Below are positions 1 to 8,706 of a DNA stretch of 64,000 bases, piece after piece. The notes below the pieces were generated by a model. The model was not told the origin of the DNA. It did no database searches and saw only the letters and a program-made list of their open reading frames with translations. This DNA is from a virus, in IMG/VR virus record IMGVR_UViG_3300046787_000316, positions 1-64,000 of that record, one strand, 5' to 3'. Each line of letters opens with the position of its first letter. The first letter of the stretch is position 1. Made by a program: the position numbers and the translations under genes.

Positions 1-1109
1 GCTCTTAATTTTTCGTTTAATATTTTAATCATTCTACCATCGTTTAATGATAGTTCTTTTGCTCTTTCGATACTCTTCATAGATTGTTCTAATTTGAATT
101 CACTATTATCTAATAATCTGTCCAAAGTTTCGAACAAATCCTTTTTGAATTTGAAGAACATTCCATCTGGCTCAATCTCTCTGTAACAATCTGATTCCTG
201 ATATATCATAGGTGTTCCGTTCATCATACAATCGGTTGCGGCAACACTCCATCCGTAATTGGTTTGCCTCATTTGAACTCCAACGGTACAAGATTGTAAC
301 TTTTTATAGTAATCATGCTTAGCCACTTTCGTATTATCAATCCAACTATGTTCCGGCTTACCATCCAATTGCGGCACCCATACAGTGAAATCTTGTCGTT
401 TTTCTCTATACTCTTCCATTAATTTAATGAAAGCGGGATATCCTTTATATGCAGCTGCTCTGTGATTGAATACAATGATGTTTTGCTTTGGTTGTGGAGT
501 TTCTATTATTTTAGAATTATCCACTCCCAAATTCCACACTACAAATATATCATTTAATTTTTGAATAAACAAATCATTGAACCATAATTTTGCTTCCTCC
601 AATACTCTATTCTTTTGGTCTTGAGTATTTAAGAAACAAGTATCCATTTGAGATACTCCCAATAATTCAATTGGCATCCATCTCCATTTATTTTTTCTAT
701 CTTCAGCGTTGCATGATTTCATTTCCCACCAATGTCCATATCCAATAACTTTGGTGTTGAAATCATTCTTATATCTACCAACTTGTGGCCAATCAGGTAA
801 ATGGGAGTAGATTACATCGTATTCCAATGTTTCCATTAATCTATTCATATCCGGTGGATACGTTCTCATTTTAATCATATCACCTGAAAATGGTAGGATG
901 TGTTGTTTCACATTTATCAAATTCAACTTTTTTACCGGCTGCGGTAATATGATATTCCAAAAGAATTCACCTTCCGATTCCAATCCTTTAATGTGGTTGT
1001 ATATAACATCCACAAAGGAATCCTTTTCAATATTGCCAGAGTTAGTGATATTTGGTATCACTAACACTTTTCTGGCTTTATTGTAATCTATTGTTTCCCA
1101 AAAACTCAT
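1..1109 (-). CDS. GT-B fold glycosyltransferase (3' end runs off window)
   Basis: Not in ORF track. ATG at 1109 opens an uninterrupted frame MSFWETIDYNKARKVLVIPN...DVIYSHLPDW...IVFNHRAAAYKGY...GWSVAATDCMMNGTPMI...LNEKLR to the window edge. R-x4-KG and late-domain 'D-x-MxxGTP' motifs fit GT4-like enzymes. Confidence 0.8.
   Translation of the reverse strand, partial: MSFWETIDYNKARKVLVIPNITNSGNIEKDSFVDVIYNHIKGLESEGEFFWNIILPQPVKKLNLINVKQHILPFSGDMIKMRTYPPDMNRLMETLEYDVIYSHLPDWPQVGRYKNDFNTKVIGYGHWWEMKSCNAEDRKNKWRWMPIELLGVSQMDTCFLNTQDQKNRVLEEAKLWFNDLFIQKLNDIFVVWNLGVDNSKIIETPQPKQNIIVFNHRAAAYKGYPAFIKLMEEYREKRQDFTVWVPQLDGKPEHSWIDNTKVAKHDYYKKLQSCTVGVQMRQTNYGWSVAATDCMMNGTPMIYQESDCYREIEPDGMFFKFKKDLFETLDRLLDNSEFKLEQSMKSIERAKELSLNDGRMIKILNEKLR
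542..573 (-). promoter_or_regulatory. Possible internal host-type promoter (TTTG-N20-TATATTTG) inside the glycosyltransferase gene
   Basis: Exact match, including the 20-nt spacer, to the intergenic promoters below, but it lies within a CDS. Confidence 0.4.
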
Positions 1110-1124
1110 TCGATTATATTAATT

Positions 1125-2618
1125 TTACTTAGTTTGTTTAAATTGTTTGATGAAATCATCACCATGTATATTAAGTTTCTGATTATTTAAAGTTTTAGAT
1201 GTTACAACTAAATTGGTGTATTCAGTAACACCCCCACGATTGATACCATAACTACGAGGAACATAGTGGTCTCCAGCGATATCCTTTTCATCTAATGGTT
1301 CTCCTGTAAAATAACATTTACAATCTTGCTCGTACCATTTTTTGAGTATATCTCCTTTGGCAAATGTTTCACGCGGGTCTAATTCTACAACACCAAATGA
1401 TTCTAAATTACCTTTAAGTTCCATATCTAATACACTACAAATACCACCAATAGCGTTTGCATTCTTACCACCAAACATTTCATTGAATGGCTTCATAGGA
1501 GTCTTATTTGGCATCTGATAATTTACCCAAAGTTTATCGGAGGTATCACTCCACTTTTTATACACATCGAAAAATTTAGTAGTAAATACGTCAACTCTAA
1601 GTTTTCCATATTTAGATTTCAATTCATAACCATATAGAATCAACATCTGCGATAGCATCGGTGTTAATCTTTGTTTATATTCCGTTGGAACTGATGTGAT
1701 TACTTTTTGAGAAAAATCAAGTAATTCATCTACATTCTTTTTTAATTTTTTAAATTTCTCTTCAGTCGAATAATCACCATTTTCGGCTTGAACTTTCTTA
1801 ACCCATTCCGTAAGTTGTGCAGGTTGTACACCTTTTCGAAACCCATTTATGTACATAAAAATAAGTTCCGATAACCACTCATCGACTTCCATTCTACAAT
1901 TAAGTGTAAATGATTTAGAAAAGTGAAGTAATGATTTTACAGGATTCGTACCATCGATTTGAATGGTTGTAAATAAAGCATGTTTTTCAAATCTAGCAGT
2001 ATTACGGATGTATGACGATAAGAAACCACGAATTGCATTACGAATTTCCTGTGGTTTCATTGTATTTACTTTATTCAAAATATTAATAAACAAATCAGCA
2101 GTCATTTCATCATCCATATTTTCATACCATGCACATAAAATTCGGTAATCTAAAATTTTGTTATATAGATTTGGAAAGTTTTGTCGTAGTTCTTCGGCAG
2201 ATAATCCGCTGATATCACATCCATCAACTACTAAATTCTTAGGTAAATTATATTCACCTTTTAAAAATCCTAAAATAGATGTAACACGTTGTTGACCATC
2301 TACTAATTCATAGTAAAATGCATTACCACGTTTAGTAACTCTGATGTGAATTTGTGGAATTTTAGCGTATCCTTTTAATAAGATAGTTAATAATAAGTTT
2401 TGTTTAAAAGTTAAACTAGCCACCTTTTCTCGTTGATACTCTCTAGCACCCGTTTCAAGTGTTTCGCCTTCTTTTTCTTTTAACCATTTAATACTCACAT
2501 TACCATCGGTAGATGTCGGAGCATCCGTTTCACCAAAACATTGTTCAGCGATTTCGCATTCAATAAAATCTCTTTTCATAATTAATACTTGTGTTTTAAA
2601 TCGTTCAACCTTCCTCAT
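1125..2618 (-). CDS. DUF262 (ParB/Srx-like) + C-terminal HNH nuclease, GmrSD/SspE-like architecture; likely start ATG 2579
   Basis: EYQRE, YELVDGQQRVTSI and F-x-NILN...PQEIRNA motifs of DUF262. C-terminal CYFTGEPL...GDHYVPRSYG..RGGVTEYTNL...NNQK His-Me finger. Confidence 0.85.
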   Translation of the reverse strand: MRKVERFKTQVLIMKRDFIECEIAEQCFGETDAPTSTDGNVSIKWLKEKEGETLETGAREYQREKVASLTFKQNLLLTILLKGYAKIPQIHIRVTKRGNAFYYELVDGQQRVTSILGFLKGEYNLPKNLVVDGCDISGLSAEELRQNFPNLYNKILDYRILCAWYENMDDEMTADLFINILNKVNTMKPQEIRNAIRGFLSSYIRNTARFEKHALFTTIQIDGTNPVKSLLHFSKSFTLNCRMEVDEWLSELIFMYINGFRKGVQPAQLTEWVKKVQAENGDYSTEEKFKKLKKNVDELLDFSQKVITSVPTEYKQRLTPMLSQMLILYGYELKSKYGKLRVDVFTTKFFDVYKKWSDTSDKLWVNYQMPNKTPMKPFNEMFGGKNANAIGGICSVLDMELKGNLESFGVVELDPRETFAKGDILKKWYEQDCKCYFTGEPLDEKDIAGDHYVPRSYGINRGGVTEYTNLVVTSKTLNNQKLNIHGDDFIKQFKQTK

Positions 2619-2698
2619 TTGGTTGGTATTTACCGATTTGTTTAACTTTCTTTGATGTGAGTGTTAAGTAGGATGCTCACTTCCCCCGTTATTATATT

Positions 2699-2730
2699 CA
2701 AATATACAAAATTATATTGACATAGCCAAA
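2699..2730 (-). promoter_or_regulatory. Bacteroidota sigma70-type promoter for the DUF262-HNH gene
   Basis: Minus strand TTTG(2730-2727)-N20-TATATTTG(2706-2699). Confidence 0.8.
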
Positions 2731-2739
2731 TTATTTAGC

Positions 2740-2766
2740 AAAAAAAAGTGGGCTATCTACCCACTT
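2740..2766 (-). terminator. Intrinsic terminator after the DUF4338 gene
   Basis: AAGTGGG-tagatag-CCCACTT stem followed by a T8-type run on the minus strand. Confidence 0.8.
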
Positions 2767-3979
2767 CTTTCAAATAATTATCTTTCATTTGTTCCCAAGT
2801 CATTCCAATTGCATCTACATAAAATAGAACCTCTGGTTTGATTTTACCTTCATCGTATAACTTAGTATATCGTTTAATTGCTTTATCTTTCCACCACTTT
2901 ACAGTGTAATCGTTACCATCAGCGAATTTCTTTTTAAGAATCAAATCCTTCTCTTCAATTTTAGATTGTAAGAATTCATTACCATTCTCATACATTTGTG
3001 CGAAATAAACACCTCTCTGAAATCCGTGGTCATAAGCGTTACCCTTTATACCCAATTCTTTGAAGATTGCTTGAATAATCTTTTGTTTGATTCCACTTAC
3101 AGGTCCGTTTCTATCGTAGCCCATATTAGCGCCATTACGTTCTCTCTCATCCATAATGTGTAACTTATACCACTCTGAACGATTTTCTTTTAACCATTGA
3201 TGCCATGGGTTATAAACTTTATCATCCGGCTTTGTAGAAATCTTACCTTTTGATTCTCCCAATGTTTTGAAATGTGGAATACCATTGTATTGAGAATGTA
3301 CTCCATATAAAGATGTTGTACCTACCCCAACTAATGGATTATCATATTTCTTTTTCCAATAATCTCTAACTTCCGGTGAAGTTGCCAATGCTGCGATTAA
3401 CTTGCCACCTAAGAAATTATAACCAAATGGTTGTGTAGATACAATAGTAGTTGCAATTGTAGTACAATTCAATTTACCATTTTTAAACTTATCTTCTTTT
3501 TGCCATCCAATGTAATTATCTCTAACTCCTAATGATGTAATATCCGAACCTAAGCAAATCTGTCCTAATATCTTACCACTAACTCTATCCTTCACATAAC
3601 ATTTAACATTACGACCTGGATTAGCCTGAAATTCCATTGTGTGAATCAATCTACGGATTTCAGTCCATCGAGTTGATTCTTTTGCATTATCATCTACGAT
3701 ATCAACATACGGGTCAATTGCTTCTATTTCAGCAATAGTTAACTCTCTGTTGGTGATATCAGTAGGTTTCCATAATGAATCATAATGAGATTGTAATACT
3801 GGCAACTTTTTCATATTACCAATTAAATCCTCATTCCACTCCATCCACTTTTTGTATAGAGTTTGCTCTTCGACTGACATTGTTCTTAGATAATCCAAAT
3901 TATCAATGAACTTCTTTTTCATTTCATCATAATCGAATTCTTCGGTATTAGTTTGTTCGCCTGTATCCCAAAATTTCAT
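2753..3979 (-). CDS. DUF4338 / Druantia DruA-like protein
   Basis: PGRNVKCYVKD..SGKILGQICLGSD, RDNYIGW, QPFGYNFLGGKLIAALA, GTTSLYG..SQYNG..HFKTLGESKG match my recollection of the DUF4338 pattern. Confidence 0.75.
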   Translation of the reverse strand: MKFWDTGEQTNTEEFDYDEMKKKFIDNLDYLRTMSVEEQTLYKKWMEWNEDLIGNMKKLPVLQSHYDSLWKPTDITNRELTIAEIEAIDPYVDIVDDNAKESTRWTEIRRLIHTMEFQANPGRNVKCYVKDRVSGKILGQICLGSDITSLGVRDNYIGWQKEDKFKNGKLNCTTIATTIVSTQPFGYNFLGGKLIAALATSPEVRDYWKKKYDNPLVGVGTTSLYGVHSQYNGIPHFKTLGESKGKISTKPDDKVYNPWHQWLKENRSEWYKLHIMDERERNGANMGYDRNGPVSGIKQKIIQAIFKELGIKGNAYDHGFQRGVYFAQMYENGNEFLQSKIEEKDLILKKKFADGNDYTVKWWKDKAIKRYTKLYDEGKIKPEVLFYVDAIGMTWEQMKDNYLKEVGR

Positions 3980-4005
3980 ATTAATTCTTTAAATCGTTTA
4001 TATTA

Positions 4006-4037
4006 CAAATATACGAAAAATATTTGGATTTACCAAA
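4006..4037 (-). promoter_or_regulatory. Bacteroidota sigma70-type promoter for the DUF4338 gene
   Basis: TTTG-N20-TATATTTG on the minus strand. Confidence 0.8.
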
Positions 4038-4833
4038 ACTTTACGGATATTTCTGAGTCTGGTTCAATCGTTGTATGAACTTCTACTCCTTTGTTGTATT
4101 CTCTTGCATTTTTAGGATATGGTCTGATTTCATGCTTCAATCGTTTAATCAAATCCTTTTTATCCTTCTTGTCAGCTCCAATAATCTGAATGTATCGATG
4201 TTTTGGTGGTTCTTCTCTTCTCCAAAATTGCTTATACCCATCCTTACCAATTTCTCTTCTAAGGTGTTCTAAGTTACCACTACCCCACTTTGTAAACACA
4301 GTCCTGCTATGTATCCATTTGAAAGGGTCATCCGATAATGAAATACCATAATTTGGCATTAGTGCAATATCGGTATTTAATCCTTGATAAATCCAATTGG
4401 TTGCTTGATAAATACCACCTAGATGTTCTTGTCCATTATCAGCATACGATATAAGAACTTTGATATTCTTATCATTCTCTCTGAACCATTTGAATGATTG
4501 TCCTAATGCGTATGATTCAATATTAGAACCATATCCATCATCACAATAAAGACGGGTTAATTCTAATACATTATCTTTAGTCAATCCCTCACAAACTGAT
4601 GTAGGTGCTTTTGCTCCTACGGGAAATCCATAAACTAAACATCCAATTAATTTATCGGAATCACCGATTGCATTAGCTTCATCCATTTTATAGAATATTC
4701 CTAATGCGTATCTACAAGCAGTCCAAGCGTGAGTGTAGTGTTTTTTTACGATAATCTCCTTTGCTACGTGACTTCCGATTTCCCTAACGGAAACTTTCGA
4801 TGTATCACAATAATTTTTGTTAACTTCTTTCAA
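4030..4833 (-). CDS. Mom-like (GNAT-fold) DNA adenine-modification protein, paralog 2
   Basis: KKHY, LELTRLY...ESYALG, KVLISYADNGQEHLGGIYQATNWIYQG, KHRYI motifs of the Mom family. Confidence 0.8.
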   Translation of the reverse strand: MKEVNKNYCDTSKVSVREIGSHVAKEIIVKKHYTHAWTACRYALGIFYKMDEANAIGDSDKLIGCLVYGFPVGAKAPTSVCEGLTKDNVLELTRLYCDDGYGSNIESYALGQSFKWFRENDKNIKVLISYADNGQEHLGGIYQATNWIYQGLNTDIALMPNYGISLSDDPFKWIHSRTVFTKWGSGNLEHLRREIGKDGYKQFWRREEPPKHRYIQIIGADKKDKKDLIKRLKHEIRPYPKNAREYNKGVEVHTTIEPDSEISVKFW

Positions 4834-5581
4834 TTGGTTCTAATTTTATAACTTCTTCAATAAATTCATCTTGTTGTTTTGGATAAGGTAGTTGTGGGTA
4901 TTTTAATTCCTTTAATAATTTTTTTCGTTCTCTACCATTCAAAAGTATATAAACATACCGATGCTTTCTTGGTTCTTTCCTAATCCAAATGGGTAAAGAG
5001 ATTTGCTCTCTAATCTTAGCGGGGTCGTTTGTTCCATAATATGGAAATATTGTTCTACCATGTTGCCATTCACCACCTTCGGTTAATTGGAATAACCAAC
5101 TATCACTCCATCTGATTTTGTTTCCTTGATAAATCCAATTTGTCGCCTGATATACAGTTCCTAAATGACCTGCCTTTGGGTCTGAATATGATATTAATGC
5201 TTTGATTGATGGAACATTGGTTCTTAACCATTCAAATGTTTTACCAACGAACCAACTTTCGATATTACTACCATACCCATCAAATACAAATAAACGAGTG
5301 AGTTCTAACACTTCCGTTCTATCCAATGATTCACATATAGATGCGCCGGAGTTTCTACCAATAGGGTCACCATAACAGGCGACACCAATTAGTTGTTCAT
5401 TTACTCCACCAAAGAATTTGTGTTCATCGTTTGAAACATAAAACAAACCAATAGCATAAGATACCTTCGTCCATATCCCACTATAATGGTTATTGACAAC
5501 GATATCTTTTGCTACGTTTTTGTTTATTTGCCTTACGACTAATTTTGAAGTATCACAATATAACTTATTAGGCTCTTTCAT
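4820..5581 (-). CDS. Mom-like (GNAT-fold) DNA adenine-modification protein, paralog 1
   Basis: NNHY, LELTRLF...ESWFVG, KALISYSDPKAGHLGTVYQATNWIYQG, KHRYV. Confidence 0.8.
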   Translation of the reverse strand: MKEPNKLYCDTSKLVVRQINKNVAKDIVVNNHYSGIWTKVSYAIGLFYVSNDEHKFFGGVNEQLIGVACYGDPIGRNSGASICESLDRTEVLELTRLFVFDGYGSNIESWFVGKTFEWLRTNVPSIKALISYSDPKAGHLGTVYQATNWIYQGNKIRWSDSWLFQLTEGGEWQHGRTIFPYYGTNDPAKIREQISLPIWIRKEPRKHRYVYILLNGRERKKLLKELKYPQLPYPKQQDEFIEEVIKLEPIERS

Positions 5582-5798
5582 ACGGCCACTTTATCATGTG
5601 TGTCCACGTTTGGTTTGTAACTATTTTCTTAATGTTAGCTGGTGAAACTCCGTAATTTCTAGCTATGACATTAACGTTTCTATGACCCATTTTGTATAGC
5701 TCTCTGATTTGCAGTATCTGCTCTTCAGTCAATTTGTGCATCGGATGCGCTTCTCCTCTTAACATATATCTAATATAACTATTTTTTTTGATATTCAC
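5568..5798 (-). CDS. Small stand-alone helix-turn-helix DNA-binding protein (HNH-endonuclease C-terminal type)
   Basis: RGEAHPMHKLTEEQILQIRE...IARNYGVSPANIKKIV...TWTH. No nuclease domain. Confidence 0.7.
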   Translation of the reverse strand: MNIKKNSYIRYMLRGEAHPMHKLTEEQILQIRELYKMGHRNVNVIARNYGVSPANIKKIVTNQTWTHMIKWPYERA

Positions 5799-5807
5799 AA
5801 ATTTATT

Positions 5808-6071
5808 TTACTTTAAATGCTCATTTAATGAATTTATGTAAGTTAATTTAGCTTGTGCTCCGGCGAATCTATCAACCTCTACACCATCTTTTTCAATGAT
5901 AATAGTTGGAACTGAACGAATACCATATTTTGTAGCCTCATCAAATGCGGTATCTACATCATACTCTTCAAATACTACATTTGAGAATTGTCCTTTTACT
6001 TCGTTAATTACTGGAGCTAGTGCTCTGCAAGGTCCACACCATGCTGCGGAGAATTTTTTTAATGTTACCAT
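5808..6071 (-). CDS. trxA: Thioredoxin
   Basis: WCGPC active site and cis-Pro SVPT. Confidence 0.95.
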   Translation of the reverse strand: MVTLKKFSAAWCGPCRALAPVINEVKGQFSNVVFEEYDVDTAFDEATKYGIRSVPTIIIEKDGVEVDRFAGAQAKLTYINSLNEHLK

Positions 6072-6925
6072 AATTTTAATTGTTTACTACGTTTTATTGA
6101 TAATAAGTAATGCTCATTTAGCATACTATATTCTTTTTCAAATTTACTACTAAATTGTGCTTCGAATTCTTTACAATGAAATATAATCGATTTACGATTA
6201 TGTTCATATATGTCTATACATTCTAACCACATACTGTAGAGTTCCTCTTTTGGTTTGTTTTTTAAATCCAATATAAGTTTTTCTACTGCCTTCATTCTAA
6301 TCGAATCATCCATTTCATCATAACTCTCATCGATGATATTTGAAAATGTTTTGAATCCCATTATTTTTAGATTCTTTAAAACATTCTTCTGCCCTATCAC
6401 AATGAATGGTCTTGGGAATGCTAATGCTTTAAATGTTTCTTCTGATATAAATGTTGAATCAATTGATAAGATTGCCGTATCATATTTTTTTTCATTTACA
6501 ATCTGAAACATATCACCTTCGAAATCCGTTTCCAACCTATATGGAAAATCACCAGAATCAAAAAATTCAAGTGGGGTGTTGGAATTGATGTGATATGGGT
6601 AATAATAAAAATTGAATTGTAAAAATCCTAATAGATTCTCATATTCTGTGCTTCTATTCTCATAGAAAATATGTAACTTCTTAGTATTTATTTTCTTTTC
6701 TAAAAAGAACTCATGTATTCTATATAAATTTAATATTGATTCAGGGGTGATTGGTTCACCCCCTTCACAATAAAATATTTTATAATCTCTATAAGTTTCT
6801 TCGTAAAAATTCAACAATTCAGAGATTTCATCAGCCGTATATGTTAATAATATAGGATGTGTAATGATAATACTTTTGGAGTTACCATCTATTGATATGA
6901 AATCTTTGAAATTATTATCCTTCAC
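6065..6925 (-). CDS. Hypothetical protein, possibly a glycosyltransferase-like family (FISEETFKAL..PRPFIVIG...GFKTF..IIDESYD)
   Basis: Long ORF overlapping both neighbours. The motif resembles a widespread phage family; function unclear. Confidence 0.55.
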   Translation of the reverse strand: MKDNNFKDFISIDGNSKSIIITHPILLTYTADEISELLNFYEETYRDYKIFYCEGGEPITPESILNLYRIHEFFLEKKINTKKLHIFYENRSTEYENLLGFLQFNFYYYPYHINSNTPLEFFDSGDFPYRLETDFEGDMFQIVNEKKYDTAILSIDSTFISEETFKALAFPRPFIVIGQKNVLKNLKIMGFKTFSNIIDESYDEMDDSIRMKAVEKLILDLKNKPKEELYSMWLECIDIYEHNRKSIIFHCKEFEAQFSSKFEKEYSMLNEHYLLSIKRSKQLKLW

Positions 6926-8696
6926 AACTTACACAAGTTTCATCCATAGCCTTTGCTGCTATATCACCTCTTAAAACCGATTCCGTTCTCATATAGTAAA
7001 GTGTTTTAACACCTTGCTTCCAAGCTTCTAAGTGAACCTGATTAATCCATTTTGGTTCAGCCGTTGCAGGGAATGCCAGATTTAATGAAACCGCTTGGTC
7101 GATGTATTGTTGTCTTACACCAGCTTGTCTTACTAAATCCAATTGGTTGATTTCTTTAAATGTTTTAAATACATCCTTAACTGAACTACATCTATGTTGA
7201 TGCTCTTCAGCGGTTACATCATTACATTGTACCAATTTGCCATCTAAGTAACACCACTCATCTAAGAAGTCTAAATCTTGTACAGAACCACCATCTGCTA
7301 AAATCTTATCCCATACTTCTTTGGTATTTTTACCAAGTTTACGAAGTACCTTTTCCAATTCAGGGTTCTTTCTAATGAAAGTTCCTTTTGATGTCTGTTC
7401 CGTAAATACATTAGCTGCCCAAGGTTCAATACCACTACTTACGTTACCACTCAATTTAGAGTTTGATACCGTAGGTGCTACTGCTCTTAGGTGAGTATTA
7501 CGGAATCCACTTTCTTTACACCATAGGGGTTCACCATATTCATTTGCTAAATCTCTACTTGCTCTTTCAGATTCAATCTTTAATTGAGAGAAAATCTTAC
7601 GAGTTTCAAATTGAGCTTGTAAACCTTCAAATGGTAATCCTTTTTGTTGTAGGTAAGTGTGCCATCCTAATACACCCAATCCCAATGCTCTACCTCTTTC
7701 TGCTGAACGAACTGAATTCTCAAATCCTTTCATATTTTTAGCTCTCTGAATGAACTCTTCCAATACACCATCTAAGAACACAGTTGCTGTGTACACTAAA
7801 TCCGTATCTTTCCATTCATCGTATTTTGCTAAGTTTAAAGAACTTAAACAACAAACAAATGAATGTTGCTCATCGGTATGTAGAACGATTTCAGAACAAA
7901 TGTTAGTCATGTGAACTTTTAATCCATTCTTTTTGTACATTTCAGGGTTTTGTTTGTTAACATTACCTTTGTACATAATATAAGGTTCACCCGTTGCTTT
8001 ACGTTTTTGAAGTATTTTACCCCATTTACGTCTAGCTTCCGAATCTCCTTCTTCTACTTTCTTCATAAACCTATCACTAATAACCACACATTGATGTAAA
8101 TTAAGCGATTGTCTATTAACATCTCCCTTTGGTTCTCTAATTTCTAAGAAATCTTCGAAATCTTTGTGTTCAACTTTGATGTTAACCGAAGCTGCCCCTC
8201 TACGAACTGAACCCTGATTGGTTGCAAGTATCGTAGAATCGTAGATTTTAGCAAATGGTATAATACCATCACTTGTTCCGTTTCCAGTGATTTTAGAACC
8301 GGCAGGTCGTATCATATTGATTCCAATACCAACACCACCACCATGCTTAGCTAAAAGCATTAATTCTAAATTCTTAGAACCGATTTCATACACACTATCA
8401 CCCACATCGATACCGAAACAAGAGATTGGTAAACCTCTATCTGTACCTGTGTTTGATAATACTGGCGTTGCTAAACACAACCAACCTTTCCACATATAAT
8501 CGAAAAACTTTGTTGCTAATTGTGGTTTTTCCAATCTCTTAGCAACTGCCGTAGCAACTCTCCAATATGCATCTTTAGGTTTCTCACCAGCTTGTAGGTA
8601 TGTTTTAGATATAGTTTTTACATATATCTCATTGTTACCCCAATGTGGGAAGTCTACATCTACTTCCCAACCATATTCTTCTCCGTAATTTCTCAT
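6915..8696 (-). CDS. nrdA: Class I ribonucleotide reductase alpha subunit (no ATP cone)
   Basis: PISCF, TNICSEI, CCLSSLNL, APTVS, TLYYMR and a C-terminal CVSCEG. Confidence 0.97.
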   Translation of the reverse strand: MRNYGEEYGWEVDVDFPHWGNNEIYVKTISKTYLQAGEKPKDAYWRVATAVAKRLEKPQLATKFFDYMWKGWLCLATPVLSNTGTDRGLPISCFGIDVGDSVYEIGSKNLELMLLAKHGGGVGIGINMIRPAGSKITGNGTSDGIIPFAKIYDSTILATNQGSVRRGAASVNIKVEHKDFEDFLEIREPKGDVNRQSLNLHQCVVISDRFMKKVEEGDSEARRKWGKILQKRKATGEPYIMYKGNVNKQNPEMYKKNGLKVHMTNICSEIVLHTDEQHSFVCCLSSLNLAKYDEWKDTDLVYTATVFLDGVLEEFIQRAKNMKGFENSVRSAERGRALGLGVLGWHTYLQQKGLPFEGLQAQFETRKIFSQLKIESERASRDLANEYGEPLWCKESGFRNTHLRAVAPTVSNSKLSGNVSSGIEPWAANVFTEQTSKGTFIRKNPELEKVLRKLGKNTKEVWDKILADGGSVQDLDFLDEWCYLDGKLVQCNDVTAEEHQHRCSSVKDVFKTFKEINQLDLVRQAGVRQQYIDQAVSLNLAFPATAEPKWINQVHLEAWKQGVKTLYYMRTESVLRGDIAAKAMDETCVSCEG

Positions 8697-8706
8697 AAAC
8701 TATTTT

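Noticed and set aside
2753-3979. Complete Druantia defence system
   Set aside because: Only the DUF4338 gene is present; no DruE helicase or other dru genes in the window.
5568-5798. Homing endonuclease or mobile element
   Set aside because: Only the HTH module is present; no HNH or GIY-YIG catalytic domain and no intron context.
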